Of a DNA stretch of 64,000 bases, positions 44,009-56,465 are shown in pieces. The stretch is from Paraspadella gotoi (taxonomy: Eukaryota; Animalia; Chaetognatha). Position 1 is the first letter of the stretch; each line of letters begins with the position of its first letter. Position numbers and translations under genes: made by a program. The stretch covers positions 15,649,473-15,713,472 of the forward strand of contig CM119264.1 of the NCBI GenBank assembly GCA_051294375.1, given 5' to 3'. The notes beneath the pieces are model-generated. The model saw only the letters and a program-made list of their open reading frames with translations, was not told where the DNA came from and ran no database searches.

Positions 44009-46529
44009 TTTGGTACACAGCTTCACTTTTCAGTCGAGGAGACCAAAAATTCGAGGTGGTCTCCTCGTAATTTGAGGTTGTTGAAGTGGCTCGTCAACAT
44101 ATTAAGTGCAGCCATTTTTTTATTTATCAATAGAATTGAATAAAAATATGTATATTTATGATATTTAGAGAATTTTTTAAAAAAATTTTGAAATCGGAGC
44201 ATGTCTTCACCTTCTTAAAGGATGTTGAAGTAATTCGTCTCTTAAAAATATGAAAATCAGGATTTCTTTTGAATTATTTTTTAAAAATTTATAAAACATG
44301 GTAGGAAGGTTCATTTAATCAGGCTTAACAAGAATCTATAAAAAAAAAATTCGATAACGTATCAAGTGTAACGTTTGATACACTTGACGTTTAGAGAAAA
44401 AATTATCCACCGGATTTATAAATTTGTAAGTGGCAGTCAGAATCTAAGAAGATAATAAAAAGCAAACATGTTGAAGAAGAAGAGGAGGAAAATTTTGATA
44501 CTTTTTCTAAGTTTTCTCCACGAGAAAAGGTCCAATTAAAATGATACTTAGGATTTACAATATTAACGTCATTCCACATCTTCCGATCAGAGAATATACA
44601 AAAACTAACATTGGCTTCTGCTTTTATAGTCATCTTCTATGTTAATCTTTGTTGAGTTTAGGACGGGAGCGAGGCTGAGGCTCGAACATAAGAGCATCTA
44701 TCCATCTCTTGATTCGTCGATCCAGCTCCAACGGCAACCACAATTTTGGATTCACAACCCTATTTTATTCACCAGTTCTCACTCACATCCACATCCAATT
44801 CAACACAATGTGTAAAAAAATTAAAATTGTTATTTTTCTTTTTCCTTTCAGAAAAAAAAGAGGGATATCTCCTAGTCCTAGGGCCTAACAGAAAAGAGGC
44901 CAACAGACTTCATTCGTCGGTCTTTATTTTTAGATTTATTTCGTTTACGTCGTCTCTTCATAAAGACCTCTAACCAGGTTAATTTTATAATATAGTATTC
45001 TAAAAGTTGGTTTTGGAGAGGGACTGAGAGCTTTTTTTTAAAAGACAACAAACTAGCATTTGGATCTTGAAACCATTACACCTCTTAATATTTTTTAAGT
45101 TAGAAATTGGTCAGGGATAATTCAGAATACATTTTAAATACAGATTAGGGATTGATAAGGGAAATTACTCAGAGAATACGGAATGAGCTATTTACAATCT
45201 TTAGGATTGATAAGTTTAATAAGATTAATACGCTCCAGAGATCTACTGTGGGAAAAGGAAGAGCAAGGTTTTTTTTCGTGCAACATTTTATATAAACAAA
45301 ACAATTTTTTGTTGGATCTAGGGTTACGATGACCGTTAACTGTTAACGGTTATTAACGGTTAAAAATAATTTTAACCTATCCGTTAATATATTTATTTTA
45401 ACGGTTAAATTCGGTTAACTTTTAGGCATTCCTGGAGATCAATGCCCTCTGGAGGCCTATGGGAAAACGAAGAGCAAGGTTTTTTTTAAAGAATTAACAG
45501 AAAAAAGAAGAGGAACGAAATGAAATGGAAGAGGATAATGTTTTGGGAAAAAAAATAAAGGAATTCAGATATCTTCAAAATTTTTAAATTACTTGTTTCA
45601 CTATTTTTTATTTTTTTATTTTTATATTTTATAAAAGATTTACCTTTTAATCTATATTCTTTAAATATATATATATTGCTTTCTTAAAAATTTTTTACTT
45701 ATCATTATATCTAATAACTCATTTTGGGAATGGGAAGTCAGTGTTGTCTTCTGGAAATAGAGGGAGCAACTACACAACACAAGGTTAGATTACAATCTGT
45801 CTTAGTTTTTTAATAGATATCATACATCATTCCTATTAGAAAGTCATTAATGAAAAATCATAATATTTAATAGGCTGAACAGAAAGGGGTGGGAATGGAT
45901 AATTTTTTGATGGGGGACCAAAGTTATATATAATTTTTTTAAAAACTAATAGGGATAAGACTACGAAGTAGAATTGTATGTTCTGATAGGGATACATACT
46001 GGGGAAAGGTTTATAGGGGCACCTTTATGTCATGAATATAATTTTAAAACACTTTAATGAAAATAATTTTTTTCCTTTATCCTAATTTTTAATTATTCTA
46101 TTTTTGAATATTTTTTATCTATTATGTTTATACAATGGGAAGGTCATCAGTTGTTATATCAGTTGTTATATGAAATTGGTACAACCAATATATATTTGGG
46201 TAAAAATTAAGGTTACAGTAAATTATGGTTAAGAATAAATTAAGAATAAGTGTAAGTTAACTAGAAAAAGTAAGTAAGGGAGAGGGTTAAAGGTAAGTTA
46301 GGGTTAAGGGTAAGTTAGGGGTAGAGGTAAGTTTAGGTTAGGGGAAAGTTTGGGTTAGGGGTAAGTTAAGGGTAAATTAAAGTTAAATTTAAAATTAAGT
46401 TTCGGCTTAAGTATACAATAATTTAACATTTCAAAAAATAATATTTAAATATTAATAAATTTATAAAAAATATAATAATAATATTTACAAAGTAACAGAG
46501 TTTTTATTTATGATTACAATAGTCATTTA

Positions 46530-47840
46530 TGTATAGACTTTCGATTTCGTTGTTTTTTTAGCATTTAAGAAAAACAGTTTTAATGTGGCAACGAATTTAT
46601 TGACAAGTCGGACATGTTTCGACTTCTTATAGAGTTAGTCTTCATCAGCAAGTGATTTTTCACAACAATTATCTCTGTGAAAGTTGAGTTTGGTGAGAGA
46701 GAGAAAGACAGAGAGAGAGGGAGATTCCAACAAAGAATTGAGTGAGAGAGTGGTCAGATGTGAGGACAGTTCAAGGTAAGGACAGGGGAAGTAGAAGTAA
46801 GATTGTGAAAAATGAAAAGAGAGAGAGAGAGAGAGACACAAATTGAAATTAATACATTTAGTAATGTACAACAGAGAAAATAAGAATAAATAAGTGAACT
46901 TAAAGATTAACTAAGTAATACTACTATTAACAACAATGAAAATAAATTAGTAAAATGAAGTGAAATTGAAATGGAAGAATAAGTGGTTAGGGATAGGTAA
47001 GTAAAGAGTTAGTGAAAGTAAGTAAAAGAAAAGAGCTCAAAAATGAGCACGACTCTCCTCGCACCGAGCGTCGCCCAAAACGACGGCTGCAGGAGGAGAG
47101 AGAGGAGTCTGTGTCTCCTGTATCAAAACAGGCAAGAACAGGCAACCGCCTGCCTCACCGTCAGGTGAGAGGAGGGCCCGCGGCAGGCTTATCAGGCCAA
47201 AAGATATACGAGTGGCACTTGGCATTTTTCCCAGTGGAACCTTACCAGACCCCAGAATGTCACGCTCTACAAATATATCCTCTCAACCTATGACAGGCCA
47301 ATGACCCGATCTTATCGTCAACGTCCTCCATTTGCCCGGCCAGGGGGGGCAGCTCATTTTTGAGCTCTTTCTTTAACTTACTTTCACTAACTCTTTACTT
47401 ACCTATCCCTAACCACTTATTCTTCCATTTCAATTTCACTTCATTTTACTAATTTATTTTCATTGTTGTTAATAGTAGTATTACTTAGTTAATCTTTAAG
47501 TTCACTTATTTATTCTTATTTTTCTCTGTTGTACATAACTAAAATGTATTAATTTCAATTTGTGTCTTCTCTCTCTCTCTCTTTTCATTTTTCACAATCT
47601 TACTTCTACTTCCCCTGTCCTTACCTTGAACTGTCCTCACATCTGACCACTCTCTCACTCAATTCTTTGTTGGAATCTCCCTCTCTCTCTGTCTTTCTCT
47701 CTCTCACCAAACTCAACTTTCACAGAGATAATTGTTTGTGAAAAATCACTTGCTGATGAAGACTCTAACTCTATAAGAGTCGAAACATGTCCGAACCTTG
47801 CTCAATAAAATCGTTTGCCACATTAAAACTGTTTTTCCTA
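46530..47840. mobile_element. 1.3-kb Penelope-type fold-back element with a hammerhead in each arm
   Basis: About 490-bp near-perfect inverted arms, hammerheads at 46652-46608 (-) and 47750-47794 (+), 12-bp TSD AATAGTCATTTA, unpaired tail 46530-46562. Confidence 0.85.
47750..47794 (+). ncRNA. Minimal type I hammerhead ribozyme
   Basis: CUGAUGA-A-GACUC-loop-GAGUC-GAA-ACAUGU-C. Confidence 0.75.
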
Positions 47841-50800
47841 AATAGTCATTTAATAATTCGGAAAGAGTGAGAGATATCAATGTTAAAATTGCCTCTCTCT
47901 CTCTATCTCTCAAAGTTAGTATCCAAATATTTATTAAAACTATTAAAACTGGTTGATGAAGGTTCAAAAAACAAGAACCAAAACATATCCGAAATATTAA
48001 ATGATCGTGATTATTACAAATAAAAACTTTTTTTTTATAAATATCTATCAAAGGCAATGAAAAAAAAATATTATAATTAAATTTTTTAAAGAATTTAAAA
48101 GAAATCTTTAGCTCGTGAAGCTTAAAAACATTTTTAATATCATTGTTGTTACGGTCTTAAATTTTCTTTTCTGTAAAGAAACGAACTTTATTTTTTCTTC
48201 TTTCTTTTCGTTTTCCCATAAGCCTCCAAAGGGAATTCAACTCCGGGATCGCCGATTTTTAAATATGATTTTTTTTATTTTTTGGTTTTTTTTTTTACAA
48301 AATAGATTTTTATTTGTGATAACCACGATCATTTAATAATTCGGATATGTTTTGGTTCTTGTTCTTTGATCCTTCATCAACCAGTTTTAATAGTTTTAAT
48401 AAATATTTGGATATTAACTTTGAGAGATAAAAAGGCAATTTTAACCTTGATATCTCACTCTCTCCGAATTATTAAATGACCATTGTAACTATAAATAAAA
48501 ACTGTTACTTTATAAATATTATTATTATATTTTTTTTTTAAATTTAATAATATTTAAATATCATTTTTTTAAATATTAAGTTATTGTATACTTAAGCCAA
48601 AACTTAATTTAAAATTTAACTTTAATTTACCCTTAACTTCCCCTTAACCCTAACTTACCCCTAACCCTAACTTACCTCTAACCCTAACTTACCCCTAACC
48701 CTAACTTATTTTTAACCTTAATTTATTTTTCTAGTTAACTTATACTTATTCTTAATTTATTTTTTACCATAATTTGTAACCTTAATTTTTACCCAAATAT
48801 ATTTTGGTTGTACCAATTTTATATAACAAAAATAAAAAATATTAAAAAAAAATTGATATCTGAATTCCTTTATTTTTTTTCCTGAAACGTGATCCTCTTC
48901 CATTCCATTTCGTTCCTCTTTTTTTTTCCCGGTAATTCTTTAAGAAAAACCTTGCTCTTCATTTTCCCATAGGCCTCCAGAGGGCATTGATCTCCAGGAA
49001 TGCCCTTTTTTCTATACTAATGTCTCTCTTAATATTTCTTCCCCTCTTTATCTCCTTCTGTACCTCTCTTTTTCTTTCTCTACGTACTGCTTTTCCCTCT
49101 TTCTTTTCTCCCTTTTTTTCTCCCTTTAACCTTTTTCTTTTTTTTATGCACGTCCATTTTTTTTTCTTATTTTTTCTTATTTTTCTTTTCAATTAATTTT
49201 ATGCATTTACATCAAAGAATATATTGAAATATAATATATATATATACATGCAAATGGTTGCATACATTTTCTTGCATATTAAATTCTTATAAGAAATAAA
49301 ATATCCTATTTTGCTATTTTTTATTTTACTCTTTAAAACGAACAAAGAAGCAAATGAAATAAGACCGAAATGAATGAAAAAAAATTAATAAAAAACCAAA
49401 TAAAAATAAATGTAATAACAAATTTAAAAATTAATAATAAAAAGAACTAATCTTAAAAAGAACATTAAGGCCACTATAATTATCCTTCAATCATGATATA
49501 TTTTTTAATAAAAGTGAAAAAAATATTTAATAATCAAATCTTTTCATCAATCGATCAATCAATCATTCAATCAATAAATAGTTTATGAAGAAATAAAAAT
49601 AGAAAACAAGCGTTTAAGAAACTAATAACTAGAAAAAAAATGAAGAGAAATAACGAAAGAAAAATAGAAAGTGAGAGACAGAAAAAGAAAGAGAAAACAA
49701 ATATGGAATTATAATTATCTTGTGGTTTTTCTTTTTTTGTCTTTTTGTATATTTTTATTATGCTATGAGGCAAAAGGAAAAAGTTTTGTATATAAGATTT
49801 ATCACAATGAATTATGGTAGATTAGGTAGATTCAAGATAGTTTGCTCAAACCAATTTTTCATTTTTCCTAAAAGATAAAGAAGATTCGGGAGCAAGAGTT
49901 AAAGATAAAATACCATTAAATACTTTCATTTGAATAATAATATTTTAAAGTTAAATTATAAAATTAACCGATTTTAACGGTTAACCTTTAAAAATGTTTT
50001 CAGATTTTTTAAATTTTTTTCTTCATTTTCGGTCTTTTTTATTTTTTGTTTTCCCGGTTTTTCTAAATCGGTGGAGCACATCCTGGGGTTACTTTTCGTG
50101 GCTAGATGTAGAGCAACAGCAATTGGGCTTCACTCGCTGAAAAGGTATCCTAACCGGAAGTAAAGTGACCAGAATGCGGGGAAAATATATATTGACGTCA
50201 GGAAAATCTATACGGCGACAAAATCATGATGGTAAAAAAGGGGAGAAACTAGTAGAAGAGAGAAAGGTGAACTGAATCTCGTGAACGCGGCCCGAATCCC
50301 TGGGAGGAGGATGAAGAGGAGGTGAATGAGAAAGAGAGGGGTAATTGACCCGCGTCTGTCTATCACCTTTTATACTGCAATGGACTATACAATAAACATC
50401 CGCCGCTTCTTTTAAAATTAAAAATAAGTGGTTCTGTCAAGTTTTTTGTTATCCCTGTAAATTCTTATCTTTTAAACTGATTAAGAAATTATCGGGTAAA
50501 GTTCATTTTAAATTCACGGTTCGCTGATAGTAATGAAAATTTCGCACTGCTCACTTTCTCGGGTTGTCTCTATATTTACGAAATATACAAAAATTTAGTA
50601 GGGTTATATTGAGGCTTTGCGCTTTGGTATTGAACCTAACTAAATGTAAAAAAGTAAAATGTTTGGGTTTTTCTTAATAAACAAAAATAACTGATTACAA
50701 GAATCTGATAAAAGAAATTAGATAAAATTACAAAATAAAATACGGGTAACTTTAAAATTCGACGTCCGCAACCAACCTGAGGTACCCACCGGTCGGTGCT

Positions 50801-51435
50801 TTGTTAATCCATTTAATTTGGTTTTCCTTCTAGCTTCGTTTCACTTTCCGCAATAATATACTTTATTTTTTGTTCAGGAATACAAATTTTATAATAAGTA
50901 ATTATGTTTTAAATTTATTTTAGTTGCTATTTTTATGTTTGAGGTAAAAAATTAATTGTTTGTTTATGTACGAATTTTATAAAGAAACAAATTTTGGACA
51001 TGTTTCAGCTTCAATGTAAGCTTTCATCAGAGCAAAAACGAATTGATTTGTGAAACAAATACTTTCACCGACTCTCTCTCTCTTTAAAAATATTTTTTTC
51101 ATAAATCAATTCGTTTTTGCGCTGATGAAGGTTTACATTGAAGTCGAAAAATGTCCAAAATTTATATTTAATAAAATTCGTTGTACGTAAACAAACAAAA
51201 AATAATATTTTTGTGTTTTTTTTATAAAATGTTAGCAAATTGGGTTAAGGTTGGCTAGGGATTAGGGGTGGTTAGGAATTTGTAAAAAAGTTTTTCTACC
51301 CTTACCAATGTCTTTTTTTATATTTTTACGTAGCGAGATTTCTATATATGTCGCTCATAAGAAGCGAAAAAAAATATCCGACCGCAAAAATAAGCCGACA
51401 CTTTACAGAAGGCTTCATATTATAAAATGTAGTAC

Positions 51436-51694
51436 TGTGGCAGCAAGACTTAAAGCTGCCTCACTGCTTGTCCGTCCTCAGCCTCGGTCTCATGGCTGAG
51501 CAGGCTAATCATCTCATTCCATCCGTGCGTCCGGGTTCAATCCCCGGGTATCCCGGTTCTGCTTAAATGTGTACGGTGCCGGATATAAAACATGCCAGTG
51601 ACAGGAGGCGGTCACTGAGGGGTCCGCAGCCCCTACGCCAGTTGGTGAGCATACCCGCGCCCCGGGTATCACAGGCTATCCTCCCGTTGCCATA
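51436..51694 (+). mobile_element. Solo LTR of TRIM family C
   Basis: Near-identical to 32016-32272, with 4-bp TSD GTAC. Confidence 0.88.
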
Positions 51695-53498
51695 GTACCC
51701 CTTTTTGTGACCAGAATCTGTTCTCACCAACTACCCAATCGAATTTAATGATATTTTACATTAGAGTGCTTAATGAAATTATTAAGCATAGAAATATAAA
51801 CGGTGGAGGAGTGTGGAGCGCGGGTGAGGCGAGAGGTGAGCGAGCGCGGCGTGGCGCACCACAGCTATACTTCTTTCTCTTCTCACTTTGCGCGAGAGTG
51901 GCTCCTCTCCTCGGCCATTATATCTCACAATTAACAAGAATAAACATTTATTAGAAAATTGGAATCTAAATAATGAAATTTATAATTAAATGCTCTCAAT
52001 AATTTAAGCATTTCTCTGTCGCATGTTACACAGATCCCAGGGCATTGGCATTAATATAGGCTTCTCTTTCTGTGTCAGGGGTGTTACTTCCAATTTTTCC
52101 CAAATTATTCCTATAGAAATTTGAACTTACAAAACATATTCGCCCTCTGATGTGTATTAGTCTCCAAGTTATATAATGGAAGCTAAAAATTAATGTTACA
52201 ATTAAGACTGCTCTTATTATTATATTGTAAAAATATCATTTAATTCGATTGGGTGAATAAAAGTACTGTATAAGAAGAAAGACAGTTTTCGAGAGTATCT
52301 CGGAGATTCTTGGTCACCAAGCAAGAGGGCCGGGGGGGAATCAAGATTCCGAGTTTTCATGTTTTTTTTTTTAGGTCAGGACCAGTTTTCCATCAGAAAA
52401 CCAAATAAAATATTATAAATATGGTTATATTACGAAAGTGGGGCGTCTTGGGAAGCCCGTGCCGGTGGAGCAATTTTAAAATTCGGTCATCTTGATATGG
52501 TACGTTGGACCCAAAGTGGACTGGTTTTACGGAGTTTTAGATTCCGTAACTTGGACTTACTCGTTCTCCTAGACTATACTAAATACATGGGTATGGTTAC
52601 ACAGTCAGATAGACTAATGTCTTGGCTAAGACAGGGTATCTTTTTTTCTTTAAATTTTACCAAGCTTGCTTGTTTAATTTAACAATCCAATTAACTGGTT
52701 TTTCGGGCTTTATTTTCCACGTATCGCCGTCCTTAACTATTTCTTTTAAATTGACCAAGAGATCAATTTGTCCTTTGTCATTTGTTTCCCGGTGGAGCAA
52801 TCGTGGCGCAATCGTGTTTTTAAATGAAATACGATTAAATCCTCGACTTTTGTTCGCTCTGGGATTCTTTATACGGCCCTGAACGCGCATAACTTACGTT
52901 ACCGCAAGAACCAAACCGAAAGCCATGGCACTTCGTCGAGCCAGCCGCGGTTCACGAATCAGAGGTTTTGTTGACTCGCGTGTTTATAAACATTATTCCC
53001 GCTCGATTTTTTTCCTTTTTTTACAAAAATTATAATTAATAAATAGATTTTACGTTGAATATGTACATTTATTGTTTGTTTTAAAACAATTTTGAGATTT
53101 CGTAAAACTGCGGCGTTTTGACCAGGAGTCACGACTATGTTACAAATAGTTTGCGAGAACCTTCAACTATTTGCCCGAAGCAGCTCGCCGACAGAAGTTC
53201 CTCGAATCAAAGATTCTCGGGGGCGTTTTCTGGAGGGACGGACCGGCGGGTCCTAACACTACGAGTACTATAATATTGTTATTTTCGAACTATTTAAAAT
53301 CTTATTATTGCTGTTAATTTTATGGAACCTGTCCCATTACAAAAAAAAAATATATCAAAATAATTTTTTTTTAATCTCTATGATTTAATGGCACATAAAA
53401 AGAAAGTGGTAAGTTATAATATTTTTTTACTTGACTCTATTCGCGGAAATTGTTTTGCGGACTTGACACTGCAATTCGCGGATGGTGTTACCATCATA

Positions 53499-55230
53499 CC
53501 ATGATGGAAAAAAAAATACAAAATAAAAATACAAAAGTTTTATGAAAAATAAAAATGAGTTGTTTAAAAATATTTTCTTTTTTTTATCTTTTTTATATTT
53601 ATATTTTTTATTTATACTATTTTCCGTTATTTTTTAATATTTTTTAGTTAAACCTTATTATTAAAAATCTTTACCTTTTTTCAGTCTCATATCAAATAGT
53701 TATTGCATCATCTTCATCAGGATAAATTTAAGGATGTATATTAATTTATATCTTAAAAAAGAGTGTATTAAAATATATTAATGCTGTAAATGTTTCAGAA
53801 AATTTTTTTTATAATAGAAAGTATCAAAATATATTAATTTCTAGTTATTTTTTAATATTTTTTTAATTAAGCTATTATTATTAAAAATCTTTACTTTTTT
53901 TCAGTCTCATATTAAAATGTTTATTGCATCATCTTCATTAGGATAGATTCAGGGATGAATCTTAATTTTTATCTTAAAAAAGAGTGGTATTAAAAATGCT
54001 GTAAATGTTCCAGAATTTTTTTTTATATTATAAAATATCAATAAAAGCTTTGGGTAACCTTTCTGTACGCAAAATTATCGTTTTTATTTATCTGTGAATG
54101 TATTATCAGATCTAAGTATTAAACAAGTCCAAAAAAAATTTAAGATTTTGTTAAAAAAAAATAAATAATCATATTATGCAGCAATATTTCAAGCCTGGTT
54201 TATTTTATAGTGATTAATCTTTTTTACTATTTGCTAAGGATTATTTTTTACCCCAAATCTGATAAAACAAGTTTGAGCAAACAATGTTAGATCTATAATA
54301 ATTTAGCAGTAATCAGTTTATTAAAGAGCAAAATAAATTATAATAGATTTTTAAATAAATTTCTAAAAAAATTTCTAAATCAATTGATCAATAAGTTAAA
54401 AAACTTGTGGCTGCGCCAACGGATTAGACTGAACTGTTATTGCAGCACAATTAATATTTTATAATTTAAAAAAAATGTTATCAAATATAATATTTTAAAT
54501 ATTTTGTTCATTATTTTGATTTGCATGATTTTTTTAATTTCTACAAGTTTTTTAACTTGCATAATTTTTTCAACTTGCAAAACTTTTTTAATTTGTATAA
54601 TTTTATAAAAATTTAAACAAAAGTAATATTTAATTTTATTTATTTAAACTCAATTCCACGATTCCATCGAAACTACATTCAGTTCAATCATACAGTTTTC
54701 TACTTATTCACAAAATTTTATTCCAATCTATTCATCTAATCAGGAGTAATTAAAGTTTTTTGTTAGTGGAACAAAGAAACAGACATAATTTATAATAATT
54801 TATTATAATTTGAGGTTCTGATATGATAAAAATGATTTACAAAAAAAATTTTTGGGTAGGACCAAAGGACTGATAATAGAATCGGAATCTGTTATAAGCT
54901 GATCCGACTAAAAATATTATGTCAGAAATATGATATTAATAATAATGTAAGTAATGCTTTTGATCAAAAAATTTAATCCCAATCCTTATTTATTGGTTAA
55001 ACAAGTTTGAGCAAACAATGTCAGATCTGCCTACGATCATTATCAGTATTTAATTAATTAATAATTAATTTATTCAAGTTAATTATTTAATTAATTAGGC
55101 AATTTGATCTGAAATGTTTGTTTTGATCGATTAATTGATTAATTATTTATTATTAATTATACTAAAAATATATTTGATAATGAAATTAACTAACTTTTCA
55201 AAACCGCGACAATTTTTTTTTCCATCATGG
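53499..55230. mobile_element. Non-autonomous TA-target TIR element with nested HINE-like copies
   Basis: TA|CCATGATGGAAAAAAAA ... TTTTTTTTCCATCATGG|TA. Confidence 0.75.
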
Positions 55231-56382
55231 TAGTTTCATGATCGTCTGCCTCTGTATGCGATTCATGGCATGGGACTCGTATTTACTTTTTATATTTGGT
55301 TTTCTTACTTTGTTTACTTTTAGTATGTGCCTTACTTATATATATATATATATATAGTATGTTTATACATCTCCGTCGTCTCCCGTATTTCTTGCGTATT
55401 TGATTTTGTGATTGTAACTGTTTGTGTTTCATAGTGATTACTTTTATTAATTAGTAGTAGTATTTATTAACTGTCTGTTTAAATTTAGAATTTGCTCTGA
55501 CGAGTGACTCTCTGACCCCTACGACGCCGCTTTCCGACGCCAGGAGATAACTTATCGGCGTTATCACTGAATCTCCTTCGTATTACCTCCGTCGCTATCT
55601 TGGTTCCATTATTCTGCGCCGTCGCCTCTTCCTGGACTTGGGGGTGTGACGCTCGTTCTCCCGCTGAGGATACTTTATGGCAACGCTCGACGATCGGGCT
55701 CGCTCCTTGTCGCCGCCGCACCAGGACCGCCTTCCAAGACCGACTATCACTACGAACTACGCCAAAGGCTTCGCCTCCACCACCAAACGACTTTTCCCCA
55801 TCATTCCCGGCCGGCGTCCCGCACAGACCATCAGTTTTACATCCGACCACGGAAAAATTCCTCCCACCTCCGTTACCCTTCCTATCAAGGATCCCGCCCT
55901 CGATATGCGGCAGGATGGACTACGCGTACAAGAGGACTCGGCGCCGCTGCTGTTAGTTTTGCAAGAACCACGGAGAGGGAATCCGTTTATCGAAGTCATC
56001 CGCTCAAGGACGACGTCTGTCCAGTTCTCAGCGACAGTGTTAAATTTTAAAAAAGTCAAAATTCTTTACTTTTTCACTATTATATGATAAACTGTTTTTC
56101 TCATTTTTCGCAGCTTTAACATTAAAATATTATGAAACTTATTTTACAAAAGTTTCTTATTTTTTTCTGACATGGCAGGACGTTAAGTTTTATCTCGATA
56201 TAGGGTCCCACCCCTGTATGTTGGGTATCAAAAATTTTTCTGTTTTAAAGTGATTAAATATTTCTTAGAAATGAAAAATTGGATTGCATTCAAACTTATT
56301 CATTTTGGTATGTTGTAGCAAATAAACGCATATAAAGTGCTGACATGACGTCGCGTATCGGCTTCACCACGCGTGTTGACGT

Positions 56383-56465
56383 CTTTGGGAGAGTATTCAG
56401 CGTCGTCAGATCGGCGTCGTTAATAACGACGCCGATCTGACGGTCGCTGAATACTCTTGCCAAAG
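56383..56465. repeat. GC-rich near-perfect 83-bp palindrome
   Basis: GAGTATTCAGCG..GTCAGATCGGCGTCGTTA / TAACGACGCCGATCTGAC..CGCTGAATACTC. Confidence 0.8.

Larger units (their letters stand above)
45424..49005. mobile_element. MITE-like element with about 150-bp inverted ends enclosing two further fold-back elements
   Basis: 45425-45575 is the reverse complement of about 48855-49005 (GGCATTCCTGGAGATCAATGCCCTCTGGAGGCC...). Confidence 0.7.

Noticed and set aside
50140-50210. Promoter with ETS (CCGGAAGT) and CRE (TGACGTCA) motifs
   Set aside because: Short motifs with no adjacent gene start to support them.
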